From Camelus dromedarius (taxonomy: Eukaryota), in contig NC_087437.1 in assembly GCF_036321535.1 (NCBI RefSeq), positions 117,492,001 to 117,556,000 on the forward strand: DNA of 64,000 nt. The letters are read 5' to 3'. The position numbers and the translations under genes are program-made. Below are positions 1 to 12,985 of this stretch, one piece after another; positions within the stretch are counted from its first letter, which is position 1; every line of letters begins with the position of its first letter. The notes beneath the pieces were generated by a model, which was not told the origin of the DNA, ran no database searches, and was given only the letters and a program-made list of their open reading frames with translations.

Positions 1-889
1 CATGAAGGCAGCTACCCTGCAAATCAAGCAAAGATTAAAGTTGGTTTTGGGAGGAGCTTGCTCAAGAGTTGTTTGCCATTTTGGAAATCTGCACCACTAG
101 GAGCACCGCCGCCGGCAGTGTCCGAGTTGCTAACACGATGCACAGGGGCCCGTCTGGGTGATAGTGGCTGCATCCCTGCATCCCTGGTGAGTCTAGGCTG
201 GAGGCAGGAACTTCAGTACTTCCCGTCTTCTGGTGTGTCCCGTTGAGCGTTACACTTGCTGTCCTGTGAATCCTTTCATACCTCCTGTATCTCACATAGT
301 GGGCGTTATGTTGGAGGTTTTCATCCTGAAATATAAATAAGTTATGTGATCTATGACTTCAATTTCAAAAAAGCAAAATGGGCATTGCAAAAGAATTGTG
401 ACTCCTATGGCACTGCATTTGAAAGCGTAAGAGACTTTAGACTATCTGCGTGTGAATATCCTTTTAAATTTAAAATATCTCTGCATTTCTCACCTTCCAC
501 AGCGTCACATGTGGCTTCTGAAGGAGGTTTGGTGAAGGAAAAAGAGAGGTTTTCCCCTGATTGTTCAGATTGGTTTAAGTAATCGTTTCTTCCCTTCCCC
601 CTCTGTTGTTCTTCTCAACTGGATGTTTCCAAATTCCGGGTTATTCTTTGGAGCAATGGAGAACTATCAGTGATATCAGAGCCTCGTGGTAATTACAGTG
701 CTGGGCTTGGCGTTGTCATGTTGGCAAAATACATCTCTGCTGGTGCAGAGCTCAGCATTTACCTCCAGCCAACGTGCCGCTTAAGACTGGACTTGGGTTC
801 CTTTTCTGCCTGGAATGTAGAAAGCTGCAAGGACCATCACTCAGACCATCATGAGAAAAGGCTGGATAAGCTGCAAAATCAGAGCTTTT

Positions 890-1293
890 CCTGAGCCCAT
901 CAGAGGGGCAATCAAGCAGCCAGAAATCCAAGGTACTAGAGACTGGGGAGTTTAAAGCAGCAGAACTTAATTTTCTCACAGTTCTGGAGGCTGGAAGTCA
1001 AGGTCACAGTGTCGGCAGGGCTGGTTTCTCCTGAGCACTCTCTCCTTGGCTTACGGACGGCCGTCTCCTCCTGGGTCCTCATGTGGTCTGTCCTCTGTGC
1101 ATGCGCATTCTTGGTGACTCTTCCTCTTTTTAAAAGGACACCAGTCAGATCGCCTTGGAGGTCACTCTTATGACTTCATTTAAGCTTTATTTCCTCTTTA
1201 AAGGTCCCATCTGCAAATGCAGTCTTGTTCTGAGGTTCTGGGGGTCAGGGCTTCCACAGGCAGACTTTTTGGGGAAACAGTTTGGCCTCTAAC
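890..1293 (-). mobile_element. MaLR solo LTR (MLT1B/C-like)
   Basis: Diagnostic antisense MLT1 motif 'ttctcacagttctggaggctggaagtcaagg...gcagggctggtttctcctgag', ending 'cagtttggcctctaaca'. Confidence 0.85.
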
Positions 1294-1630
1294 AGTAACA
1301 ATAACTAAAACAACCCAAAGCCAGTTCAAGCCTAACTAGATTTACTCAACCCCCCATGTTTTTTTCAAAAAGTCACCTCTCATTATACTGCAAATATTTT
1401 CCCTGTTGCCGCACAGTCTTTGTAGTTGCCATTTTTAATGGCCACATAGTACTTCTCTGCGTGGCTTTGTCATTCTTATGCCCCTTACTGTTGTCTCGCA
1501 TTTTAGGTTAGTTCCATATTTTTTTCTGTAAGAAAAAAATCTTTTGACACACATTTTCCCTTTGTTTGGAATCCTTCCTTATGATAGGTCCTAAAAAGAG
1601 ACATTGTTGCATCAAAGGGCAAGACCCCAG

Positions 1631-1997
1631 TCATGGACTGAATTGTGTCTCCCCCAAAATTCATGTGCTGTCCTAACCCTGATACGATGGTATTTAGAGG
1701 TGGGGCCTTTGAGAGGTAATTAGGGTTAAATAAGGTCATAAGAGTGGGGCCCTAATCTGAAGGGATTGGTGTCCCCGTAAGAGGAGGAGGAGACACAGAA
1801 AACTCTCTCTCTTTGCACTCACAGCCATGGAGGAGAGGCCACAGGAGCACAGAGAGAGGAGGCAGCCTCCTGCAAGTGAATTTCCTGGCACTTTGATCTT
1901 GGACTTCCAGCCTCCACTACTGTGAGAAAATAAATGCCTATAGTTAGAGCCATCCCTCCCATGGGATATTGTCTGGCAGCCTGAGCAGATTATTACA
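1631..1997 (+). mobile_element. MaLR solo LTR (MLT1A-like)
   Basis: 'atggactgaattgtgtctccccc...ttgatcttggacttccagcctcc...gagaaaataaatg...gcagcctgagcagattattaca'. Confidence 0.88.
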
Positions 1998-2429
1998 ACC
2001 CCTTTATACACAGGCATTAACTTACCTATAAATTCCCTTGTCTATGAACAGCTATCTGCCTTTTTTTCTGGCTGTTTTCATGAACTTCTCTGTGCCTGCA
2101 CCTTCACAATGGACTTTTCTGTCATCTATAAACATAGGATATTCGAATGTGCTTCCCTCATTTGAACAATTTTTGAAGATATATGCCAGATCCTAACACT
2201 GACATCCCATAATTCAAAATTATGAATTTTGTGTCTCTAAGCTTATCTGTAAAAGAGTGGTGCTGTCATTCTGATTATTTCTTTTTCTCTTTTAAAAATC
2301 ATTCCTTTAACATACTAGGAAACAAACAAATGACCAAATGAATGAACAACTGAAGCAAAGAACAAAACTGAAAAAAAAACCCCACACCGCCCAAACCAAA
2401 ACACCCTAGAGTTACAGAAATTCACGTCT

Positions 2430-2569
2430 GGAGGGGAGGCTGCAGCTCAAGTGGCAGAGCACGTGCTTAGCACGCACGAGGTCCTGGGTTCAGTCCCCAG
2501 GACCTCCTCTAAAAATAAATACATAAACCTAATTACCTCCCCTTCCCCACAAAACAAACAAATAAAAAC
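2430..2569 (+). mobile_element. Camelid tRNA-derived SINE (Vic-1-like)
   Basis: A-box-like 'cagctcaagtggcagagc', B-box-like 'ggttcagtccc', 'aacctaattacctcc' segment and A-rich tail; imperfect TSD aaattcacgtct / aaatccatgtct. Confidence 0.9.
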
Positions 2570-2719
2570 TAAATCCATGTCTAAACCATATATATATTTT
2601 AATATAGACATTTCTCAAAAGTATATTTTTATACCTTAATACACAAGGACTGTTATTTAAATACTTGCTGCTGTGACATGATTTGTGTTCATTTGAAAAA
2701 TAGAGGGAAATTTTTGGAG

Positions 2720-3030
2720 CACAAGGGATTTTTAGGGCAAAGAAATTATTCTACATGATACTATAGTGGTGGCTATATTATGCATTTGTCAAAACCCATA
2801 GAATGTACAACATCAAGATGAACCCTAATGTAAACTATAGACTATGGTTGATAATAACGTGCCCACGCTGGTTCATCGATTGTACCAAATATGCCACACT
2901 GATGAGGGAGGCTGAGGGTAGGGGAGTATATATGTGTGGGTGGGGAGGGCTGTGTGCAACTCTTTGTATTTTCTGCTCAATTCTGTTGTGAACCTGAAAT
3001 TGCTCTAAAAGAATAAAGTCTATTTTAAAA
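2720..3030 (+). mobile_element. Old L1 3' UTR fragment (L1MC/L1MD-like)
   Basis: 'tttgtcaaaacccatagaatgtacaaca...aaccctaatgtaaactatagact...gaacctgaaattgctctaaaa' followed by aataaa. Confidence 0.8.
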
Positions 3031-4709
3031 AATAGAGGAAACTTTTAATAAAACATTTTTCTGTCCTGTGAGTCAGCAAACGTGAGTGAAAGTCATATGA
3101 TAATTAAAAATGAATAGTTGAGAAGAGATTTAACTTCATTGGGTGATCTGACTTCTAAGATAATCCTTTGATTTGCTCTGGGACAAAGCTTCTCGGGGGC
3201 TATAGACGTATCCCACCCATGGAAGGCCAAATTCGCTTCAGAACCTTTATTTTGCTATTATCAGTTGAACTTGAATAGCCAGTCAAATAGTCATTGATTT
3301 TCCAAGGTTCCTTTGGACACAAAGACTGAGACACTGTCCGCATCGACTTTTCCAGTCATTGGTTTGTCGAAGTCTTGCTTTGAGGTTGGCTGCTGCTTAC
3401 CGTGGTCTCCCTGTGGACCTGCATTTGGGTTCTCACATGAGCTGATATTGTCTGAGAGGGACAAACACCTTCTCTGCTTCTTGGGCCTGCTTTCTGCTCC
3501 TTCTGAGACTGGCTATCTGGCAGCCAGCGTACCGGCAAGGGCTTTTTGAGGAGTTAGGGAGGGAAATTTTCAGATGATCCGAAGTTGTCACTTAACAAAA
3601 TCGGCTCATAAATTCAGTTAGCCCTTCAGTCAATTTCCTGACTACACAAAATAGGTGGGGGGTGGGGCTTGGTTTGAGTTTTCACCTCCAGCAAAGAAGG
3701 GGATTCTGGGAGGCAGGAGGCGGGGAGAGGGGAGAGGGGAAGCCGACAAGCAGGTGTGGACATTCACCTGTAAAGCCAGCAGGGGTGCTCCAGCGCGGGA
3801 GCTCCTGCGAGGAGTAGGGAGCCCAGGAAAAGCCACGCCCCAGTCCCCCAAAAGGACAGGAGGCTGCAAAACTCGTTCAGCTGCTCCATCCCCATTGATG
3901 GGGACGTTAATTTCCTCCTCCTTCCCTCCAGCTCCTGAGAAGACCCTGCAGCACAAATGGGAAAGCCTCAAGGTGGCTGCCTGGGGCGGGAGCCGGGGGC
4001 ACTGCCAAGTGTGCGATGAATCTGAGGCTCCCCTGATCCTTCACCTCGGGCCGAGAGACAGGGTCGAGGAGGCGGGGCTCCAGGCACCGGAGGCATCTGC
4101 CTCAGGCATCTTCCTCTCCCTTAACTTCGTTCTATCAATCGATGGACTCCGCAGTCAAACAGGCAAAGATTGGGGAGGCCTAGAAGAGGAGGACTTGGAA
4201 AATCTCAGACCTGAGGTATACAGCTTCTGGCACAAAGTGTTGGATACTTAAGTCTTTCTGCTTTATTGGAAAACCGCAGAGAAACTGTGCAGGGCACGCA
4301 GCTGCTCTTCGCTTATGATAGTTACGAGGAAGCAAAGGAATGGAGAACCCTGGGGGGACTTCCTTGTCACTGGTAAGCAATTGGTTCTCTCAGAGGCCTA
4401 TGGGAGTAACAGGGCCGCAACATGAATGAGTGTAACCGGCTTTAAACTCGTTGTTTCAGGGCAAATGTGGGCAGGTGCAAACAGCGACCTGCAAAATGCA
4501 AACTTTAGATCTGTTCTCTGGAAAACGCACACTTCTAAGCTTCAGGGACCAATGGAAGATCGCGGTTACAGCTGGCCACACGTCAGGGTAGCGCCAATGT
4601 ACTCATGACTTTTTATTTCATCATGAAGATAAAAAATTGTAATGTCTAGAAAGATGTGATTTATGCCCTCTTAAAAGCTTAAAATATTATATGTTTTATT
4701 TAAAACAAT

Positions 4710-5106
4710 ATATATTTATTATAAGGAATTAGCTCACATCATTATGGAGACTGAGAAGTTCCAATATCTCTCCAGCTGGCCAGCTGGAGACCCAGGCGAG
4801 CTGGTCTGTGTAAGGTCCCGTCCGGGTCTGAGTCTGAAGGCAGGAGGAGATTGCTGTTTCACCTCAAAGACAGTGAAGCAGAGGATAAGGATTCTTTCTT
4901 ACTCAGCCTTTTATTTTATTCAGACCTTCCACTGATTAGACGAGGCTCACCCACACTGGGGAGGGCAACCAGCTTTCCTTGTGTTGACCAGTTTATATGT
5001 CAATCTCCTCCAGAAACACTGGCACAGACATACCCAGATTCACGTTTAACCAAGTGTCTGGGAGCCCTGTGGCCCAGTCCAGCTGAGGCATAAAAACAGC
5101 CATCAC
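4710..5106 (-). mobile_element. ERVL solo LTR (MLT2-like)
   Basis: 'ttattataaggaattagctcacat...atggagactgagaagttcca...ccctgtggcccagtccagctga..cataaaaacagccatcac'. Confidence 0.8.
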
Positions 5107-5516
5107 CCCACACTTGTCACTGTCCTCAGCTCATTTTTGGGTCACTTCTCCTGGTTCATGGAAGGTTTGAACACTCAATTCATTCTTATTATCTGGGCAC
5201 ATGCTGAGAAAATATTTTTATGTCTCTGTCTAGTTAGGGTTCTCTGAATACATCTTACTGAAACTTGGGACTGGGGCTAAAAGAACAAGGCTGGGAGCTT
5301 AGGGGTGATGGGGTAGGGGCAGACCTTTCTGAGAGACTGCCCTCCCTGGAGGCGTGTGTTTATATTTCGAGCTGGGGCCGAGACTCGGGACCTTCACTCG
5401 TCCTGGGTCCGAAGCTGGAGACACTCATCTTCTCGCCTTCTTAGAGTCATTTATTTACATTCCGAAGGATAAGAACCCAGGATCCTTTCCAAGGAGGGTT
5501 TATTTACCTTAGGGAG

Positions 5517-5945
5517 TGACAAAGGTTCTTTCCTTGACCAATTTTAGTCAGAGTCCTGAGCCTTGTCCTAGATCCATCGGAGCATTTCCTTGTAGAAGCC
5601 AGTTTTGGCAAGAACCGTGCTAAGTCAGTTTAACCAGAAGGCCCCGTCCTTGCTATCTGACCCAGTTCCTTGTCCTCCACCATCCCCCAGATGGCGTCTG
5701 CTCGCCCAGGCTGCCTTCAGCAAGACCCTGATGGCTTAATTTGCCCAGCAACCCCCGACCCCTGATGCTTCCTCTCAGTAATTTTCCCTCCGCTGTCCCC
5801 ACTCAGCTCCCTGGCTGTAATTCCCAATTGTCCACATCATACTCAGAGTTGAACCTGGTCTATATGGAGGTCTCATTTTTTCCACAATTGCAGTCGTTCT
5901 GAATAAAATCTGTTTTTACCACTTTACCATCCAACTCTGTTTTTC
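5517..5945 (+). mobile_element. ERV1 solo LTR (MER31-like)
   Basis: Starts 'tgacaaagg..tttccttgaccaa.tttagtcag'; internal 'ccaccatcccccag..ctgccttcagcaaga'; polyA signal 'aataaaatctg' near 3' end. Confidence 0.7.
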
Positions 5946-6849
5946 CTTAGACAAGTTTTAATTTTCCTTTTTAATAAGGGGAGGAGGGCTCCTATACCAG
6001 CCGTTCTATATAACAACTCAGATGCCCACATCTTCATTTGCAGCTGCAGTGTGCACAGGGGAGCATCTGGTGTGGCCCCCATTGCATCACCCCGGGGACA
6101 AGAACTGGGCTGTGCGGGGAGGGGTGTGGTTATTATAAGTAAGTAAAACTTCATCTGTTCTTATTCTGGAAACTCACATCTACCTCCACCTTAACATGAG
6201 CAGATACGGCTACCGAGCACCGAGCACTGTCTTCAGCGCTGCTCTTCCGTTCTTGGTGTTTCAACGTTCATGTCAAACCCGGCACGCCAGCTTCCCAGCT
6301 CCTTCATTTCCTCGCTGCTCACACACCAGGTTTTCTCTCCTGCGCCTCAGCCACCTGCTCCTTTGGTCATTTCTTAGACCTTCAAAATTTTAATCCTAAA
6401 CGTGCTCCTCTCAGACTCCCACTTCTTATCTTGACTGGCTTGAGCCCGCTGCCCTCGCAATGCTTAGTCTACACTGGGACCACCGGTTTATTCCTCCTTT
6501 TTCACTATCTTTTTTTTTTTTTTTTTTTTTTTTACCCACTTTAGAATTCATGGTCCTTAACTATAATCACTCGCTTTGCAAACACCCTCAGCTCTTTGCC
6601 CCTCTTGACATCGTTTGGCAAACCTCCAGCCTTGGCAGAAGTAAAGTTTCTGACTAATTCACACTTGCTTCCAAGCAACTGAATGTGGCTAGAAATGTTT
6701 GCCAATAGTGCTCACTGGTCCCACTTTGAATTCATTTCATGATTTCCCTTAGTTCCTCAGCACTGCCCGGCTACCCTGTTACTTCCTCTGGTCAATTCTT
6801 TCTCTCACATCTTCACACTTTCTACTCTTCCTTGGAGCTGCCAGTATCC

Positions 6850-7205
6850 TTGTGCATCAGTCAGTTTTTGGCGTGTAACAAGCAAGTAGAAAATCCCCAC
6901 TACATACAACAGCCAGTATTTGTGATTGCACCTACTAAGCCATGGATCAGCCAGGTTGTTTGTTCCATGTGTCTCTTCTTATTCTGGTGGCCAGGGAAAC
7001 ACTCTTCTCATGATGGTGACAGAATCAAAGAGATCAGCCCAGCTGGGTCAGATCATTTCAATTCTCTGTTCACCTCACATTCACTCACATTCCATTGGCC
7101 AAACTAAGTCACAAGAGCAAGCCCCACATCAGCATGGTAGGAAAGTTTCCTCCTCAGGTGGAGATGTTGGAGGAAGGAAGTAAATATTTGCTGAAGGATA
7201 ATCAC
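6850..7205 (-). mobile_element. Old MaLR LTR (MLT1H-K-like)
   Basis: 'tgcatcagtcag' start and 'cacattccattggccaaa..aagtcaca...aagccccacatca' motif. Confidence 0.55.
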
Positions 7206-7209
7206 TCCC

Positions 7210-8257
7210 AATTGGTGATCTTGCTTTAATTCCCTGAACAATCAAAAGACAACTATCTTATATTTTCCCCACCAAATCGCCAGCCCCACAATAGCCTCTG
7301 TCTGACTCATACCCTGTACCTACTTTCTTTGATAGAGTCTGCTGTGTCAAAACCACCCCCCACCCCAACGTGCTCTGGATCTTCTCTCTACTGGCTACTG
7401 TCAGTGGCTTCCGTGCACCATCAACATCCCCTTCTTGCTTGGATCACTGCCATCGGCAGATGTGTTGTACCACCTCCCACACCAAAACGTTGTCCTTCTT
7501 TGACTTTTCATCCCACTGTAGTCATCAACCCAATTTGCTGTTCTTTGTAACAAAAATCCTCAAGAGTTGTCCCAAATGACAATTCCTACTGTCTCATCTC
7601 CCTATTCCAATAAGCTTTTCACCTCCATATTAAAATCACACTGGTCAAGGTCTCCAACAACCACCATCTTATCAAATCCAATGGACGCCTGCAGCCTTCA
7701 TCTTGCTTGACCCACTGGCAGTATTTGGTACGGTTGATCACTTCCTCCTTGAAATCTCTCATTTGGTTTCCATGAGGCTCCATTCTCCCCCTCCCACTTT
7801 ACTAACTTCTTTTTCTATGTTATCTGTTTTGTAGGATTCTCCTCTTCTTGTGACGTCTAAATGTTGGTTCATTCTGGGCTGAGTTTTTATTCCTCTTCTC
7901 TATCTACAATCTTTTGCTAGATGGTTTCACATTTTACTTAGTCTCATGGCTTTAAAATCCATGCATAAGCTGATAGTTCTACATTTTTATATTTGTCCTT
8001 GACTTTCCTGCTAAACTTCAGACTTGTTATCCAATTTACTACTTATCTCATTTTGCTGTTAAATAGATGCCTCAAATCTACCTATCTCCCCATTGCCCAT
8101 CACATCTACTGCTTCCCCAAATCTACTGCTCCTCGTTTCAGTAAATGATGCCACCTGGAGTCAGGCCACCTGGCTTTGGTTTTCCTCTTCAAATTTTTTA
8201 TACATTTTCTTATTGGAAATATCCTTTAAATACATCTGGAATCCATCTACTGTCACC
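7210..8257 (+). mobile_element. L2 LINE fragment (degenerate ORF2 region)
   Basis: L2 motifs 'ggtcaaggtctccaacaaccaccat..caaatccaatgg', 'gcagtatttggtacggttgatcacttcctccttgaaa', 'tctcatggctttaaa'. Confidence 0.7.
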
Positions 8258-8262
8258 ACCTC

Positions 8263-8757
8263 TGTGGTTGGCAGAATAATGGCTCCCCTCAAAGACGTCC
8301 ATGCTCTAATCCCCAGAACCTACAAATGCCACCTTACATGGCAGCAGGGACTGTGCAGATGCACTTAAGGTTACAGACCTTGGATGGGAGGCTATCTTAG
8401 ATTATCTAGGTGACCCAGGTTAATCATATGAGTCCTTAAAAATGAAAGAGGAAGGCAAAAGATGGATCAGAGAGAGATGACATGAGAAGGACTCAACCAC
8501 TGTTGCTGGCTTTGAAGATAAAGAAAAGAGGCCATGAACTGAGGAACGCTGTAGCCCTCATTTTAGAGTCTGCAAAGAAAGAGGAACCTTGGCCCTGTAG
8601 CTGCAAGGAACGGAACTCCGACAACTCAGATGAGTAGGAAACAGTTTCTTCCCTAGAGTTCGTTCTGGACTATAAAGTAATAAATAAGTGCTGTTTTTAG
8701 GCACTAAGGCACTAAGTTTGTAGTGAATTGTCACAGCAGCCATAGAAAACTAATACA
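8263..8757 (+). mobile_element. MaLR solo LTR (MLT1D-like) inserted in L2
   Basis: TG...CA termini ('tgtggttggcagaataatgg'...'agaaaactaataca'); perfect 5-bp TSD acctc at 8258-8262 and 8758-8762. Confidence 0.9.
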
Positions 8758-8762
8758 ACCTC

Positions 8763-9480
8763 CATTACTATCAGCCTGTCAAAGGCAACACCATCTCTGG
8801 GCAGTAGCCTTCCAGCTGCTTCTGCTCCATACATTAACCAAAGTGGTATTTTAAAATTTAAACCAGGTCATGCCATTATCCTGCTCCAAAGCTATTCTGC
8901 TCTAAAAGCTTCTTTAAAAATTTTTTTTTTTAAATCCGATTTTTTTCATTATGACGCAGAAGTCTCTCCATGTCTGATGCCTGGGTAACTTTAGAATCTT
9001 GAATTCTTTCATGTCCTTCTCTCTCATTTTGCTCCAACCATGGAGCTCACAATTTCTAAAACAGGCCAAGCTCACCCCTGCCTCAGAGCTTTTATCCTTG
9101 CAGCAACTTTTCCCTTAAATCCATGCTATTTTCCCAGATAGTCACCAGGTTGGTCCCCTCATTCCATTCAGTTCAGTGCTAACACAGCATCTCCATGGGC
9201 AAGACCCTTGGTTGGCTGTATCTATAATTGTCCCATGTCCCACTCCTGTCACCTCTGTTCCTTCACCTGTTATATTATTTTTGATAGCATTTATTAGTAT
9301 TCAAAATGAGTGTGACAGGCTCATTCCTTTGCTAGTTTATTGTCTGTCTCTGCCAGTAGGAAATATGTTTCATGAGGGCCTCTAAAAGTTTGTCCTGTGT
9401 GTTGTTGCTCTGTGCACTGCTGGCCAGAACAACTTCTGGCAGGTAATGGGGGTTCAATATATTTTTGTTGAATGAATGAG
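8763..9480 (+). mobile_element. L2 3' end fragment
   Basis: 'cctgcctcagagcttt', 'ttgtctgtctctgccagtag..tgtttcatgagggc', terminal 'ttttgttgaatgaatga'. Confidence 0.7.
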
Positions 9481-10489
9481 GAAGGGCAGAGTGTAGCTAG
9501 AATATCCGGGTCTTTGATTCAATGAATCCATCTCTCCCACATTTCAAGGGCTTGGAGAGGGAACAGAGAGACACGCCTTCAATTTTCTACATGGTTAATT
9601 GTTTATCAGGCAGGTTGACACCGCAGTGGCTCACTGGGTGGAAGGTCTCTGCAGAGCTTGGAAGGCAGTGGGGCTGGACTAGACGAGCACGTTGCTCATG
9701 TCCCAGCCCAGCAGGACCAGAGCTCAAGGGGGCAATTCACATGGGGGGAGCATCTGGTGGTGCTGGTCAGCTGCTGCCCCAGGGATCTGGGGCTCAGAGG
9801 TGTGAGAGGGCAAGGCATTTTGCTTGCTCCTTTGATTTTCCGCTGAAATGTTTTTGAATATGATGATGGCCTCCTCATACTTACAGAATGATCTGGCCCC
9901 ATGCTGTCACAGCCTACAGGAGAGGTCACCGAGTTTGCCCTTCCAATTAAGTCACACATCCAGCATCTTTCATTTCTGATGACACTGCTGAAGTGCGGAG
10001 ACAGCAGGGCACGTGGTGTTAAAAGATACTTACTCACAGAACAGCTCCTTCGTCTAGGGAGGGTGCCCTCGGGTCTGCATGGCCAGCAGAACACCTCCAT
10101 CTCACCGTGCACGTCTTCCTGCTTATGTTTCAGGACCCAACTGGCACAGAAAGACTCGAGCTTCTGCAGCCTGTTCATTTACACCAGGAGTTTTCTTGTG
10201 GTTTTGACCAAACATTTTTTATTATGACTGCAACATAGAAATTTACATTTCTTTCTATAAAAATATTTTGTCCTGTTCAAGTTCTTCTGCTGGTACCCAT
10301 TTCCTGGATGGAGTAGCATTTTGGAGTGCATGTTGACTTGAGGATTCCTGTCTGTAGCGATCTACAGCTTAGGAGTCTGCACAGGAACCATGCCTTGTGG
10401 TAGACAATGATGCATCCTGTCATCCATTGGCGCTGACTCTGCGCCGGGCTCTATGCTAAGAACAGCACCATATATGGACGGTGCCTCCT

Positions 10490-11330
10490 CCTCCATTCTC
10501 TTTCCCACTCAGTCTAGCTTCTGTCCCTGGTACATCAGGGAATCAGCTCATGGTCACCAATGACCACCATCTTGTCAGGATCCAGGACATCCACATGGGT
10601 TCCTTCAAAGGTCCTCTTGGCAGTGTTTGGTCCAATTGACCACTTACTTCTCCAGAAACACTTCCTTCTTTGGCTCCCAGGTTGCTTCATTCTCTAGATT
10701 TTCTTCCTCTCTCAGATTGCCTTCCTTATTGCTTGTTTTTACCATATGACATGTTGGAGAACTCTTGGTGGTTGCCCCTCCTTCCTTCTTCATTTATATT
10801 TTTCCCTGCGGTGGTTTGCTATGGTCCCATGACTCTAAATAACATCTACAAGGTCCTGTTCATCCCTCACCTCTTCCCTGAACTCTAGTCTCATATATGC
10901 TGCTGCTCCCTTGCCATCTTTGTTTCAATGTCTACTAGGCTTCTAAACCAGAAAGTCTGAAACACAACTTTTGATCCCTTGTTATAAAATTTTAAAAATT
11001 CTAGAAATATTCCTTGGTTCTCCTCTTTCCAATATGGCCACATCCCGATCCATGAGCAAGTCCTGCCAGCTCCACCTCCATAATGTACTTGCCCAGCCTA
11101 CCCACTGGGCTCATCTTAACAGCTCCCAAGCATCAGCGCCACCTCTCTAGGTACTCTAGCCTCTGTCCTGGTCTCCTTGTCTTCAGCCTAGCTCCAATAT
11201 ATGCCATTATCCAAATAGTAAGGAGAGTCTTTCAAAATGTAAATCAGATAAGACATATTCCTTTGTTAAACCATTCAATGGCTTCTCATCAGATTTAAAG
11301 AAAAATATCATCCAAGCTCTCTTAACATGG
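10490..11330 (+). mobile_element. L2 LINE fragment
   Basis: 'ggtcaccaatgacc', 'cacctcttccctgaactctag', 'gcaagtcctgccagctccacctcc', 'aaatgtaaatcagat'. Confidence 0.65.
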
Positions 11331-11369
11331 CTGCACCTCATTTTTCTTACTTCAACGGCATGCCTACCC

Positions 11370-11778
11370 TGACATCACCCATCAACATACTTACACAACG
11401 TGACCTTGTTTGGAAATAGGGTCTTTGCAGACGTAATAAAGTTAAAATGGGGTCATTAGAATGGGCCCTAAATCCATTAGGCTAGTGTCCTTACAAAACA
11501 GAAGATTTGGACACAGAAACACATGCACAGGGAGCCCCATGAAGACAGAGGCAGAGATTGGGGTGATGTCTGTAAAAGTCCAGGATCAGCAAGGACAGTG
11601 GTAACCACCAGAAGCTGGAAGAGATAGAAGGTTCCTCCCCCAAAGTCTTCAGAGACAGCAGAGCCCTGCTGGTACTTTGACTTCAGTCGTCTGGCCTCTA
11701 GAACTGAGAGAGAATGTCTGTTTGTACAGACACGAAGGTTGTGGTCATTTGTTACGGGAGCCCCGAGAGACTGACGCA
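11370..11778 (+). mobile_element. MaLR LTR (MLT1B/C-like)
   Basis: 'gtgaccttgtttggaaatagggtctttgcagacgtaat...gggccctaaatcca...ctggcctctagaactgagaga'. Confidence 0.85.
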
Positions 11779-11939
11779 GTGCATCTAAGGAACTGGACAG
11801 CATCCGATGCTCAATGTAAGTACAAATCGCTGTTTTGGTTGTTGTTGAAGCAGCTTATTTTTATTTTAAAAAGTGGCTTCCAGCAATCTATATGGAGAGA
11901 CAGTGCATTCACATGCTTCTCAATAAAAACAGGAATGCA

Positions 11940-12410
11940 TGAAAAGCCTCGCTCCTTCTTCTGTCCCCATGTTTCCTCTCCACAGGCAATGCGTTTAAAT
12001 TAGTTTCTTGTGGATTATTCCAGGAGAACATTGTGCATATACAAACAGTTCAAGGACATATTCTGCCCCCATTAAAAAATATCATAGCATGCTATACACT
12101 CTGCTTGGCACTTTGCTTTTTTTCACTCAATTATTTATCTTGGAACACTTTCCAAATGAATATATAAAGAGCATTTTGATTCATTTTTACAGTTGCAAAA
12201 TATTCTACTGCATGCTGGGAAGGATGATTTATTTAACTGACCCTCTCCTGACGGCCATTTAGATAGCTTCCAATATTCTGAATAATGCTAATAATGCTAA
12301 ATAATGCTGTAACACATAAATTTGTATTTGTCATTTCATGTATTTGTGACTATTTGTAGGATTAACTCCACAAAAGCAAAATAGCATAATCCTAAAGGCA
12401 TGTACATTTA
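11940..12410 (-). mobile_element. Old L1 (L1ME-like) 3' fragment
   Basis: Degenerate 'tttgctttttttcactcaa...ttatttaact..ccctct..tgacggccatttagatagcttcca'. Confidence 0.55.
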
Positions 12411-12419
12411 TTTTTAAAA

Positions 12420-12985
12420 ATTATTTATTTTATTGTGATTAAATACACATAACATAGAATTCCCCATTTTAATGATTTTTAAGTGGCACTAAGCATAGCG
12501 TACATTTCAGTGGCTTTAAGTCCGTTCACATTGTTGTGTGACCATCACGCCATCCATCTCCAGAACTTTTTCATTTTCCCAAATTGAAACTCTGTGTCCA
12601 TTAAACGTTACCCTTCCCCTCTTTTCCGCTTCCTGTAGCTCCTGGCAACCACCTTTCTACTTACCGTCTCCATGAATTTGACCATTCTAGGTACCTCATA
12701 CAAGTGGAATCATATACTGTTGTCCTTTCGAGTCGGTGTATTCCACTTAGCTTGACGTCTTCAAGGCTTTTCATTGTTGGAGCATGTGTCAGAATCTCCT
12801 CCCTTTTTAAGGCTGAAAAATACTGCGTGGTATGTATATAAGACATTTGTTTTATTCATTCATCCATGAATGGACATCTGGATTGTTTCCATCTTTTGGT
12901 TATTATAAATAACGCTGCTGTGAACATTGGTGTTCAAATATGCATTCAAGTCTCTGCTTTTCTTTCGGGTGTGTACTCAGAAGTT
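12420..12985 (-). mobile_element. L1 3' end (L1MB-like)
   Basis: 'ttcacattgttgtgtgaccatcac.ccatccatctccagaactttttca...ctaggtacctcatacaagtggaatcata...tttattcattcatcc'. Confidence 0.88.

Noticed and set aside
101..186. Possible exon (AG at 99-100, donor ctg/gtgagt at 187)
   Set aside because: Weak polypyrimidine tract, no recognisable peptide and no partner exons identified
3655..4251. 198-aa ORF
   Set aside because: GTG start, low-information sequence, no homology or exon structure recognised
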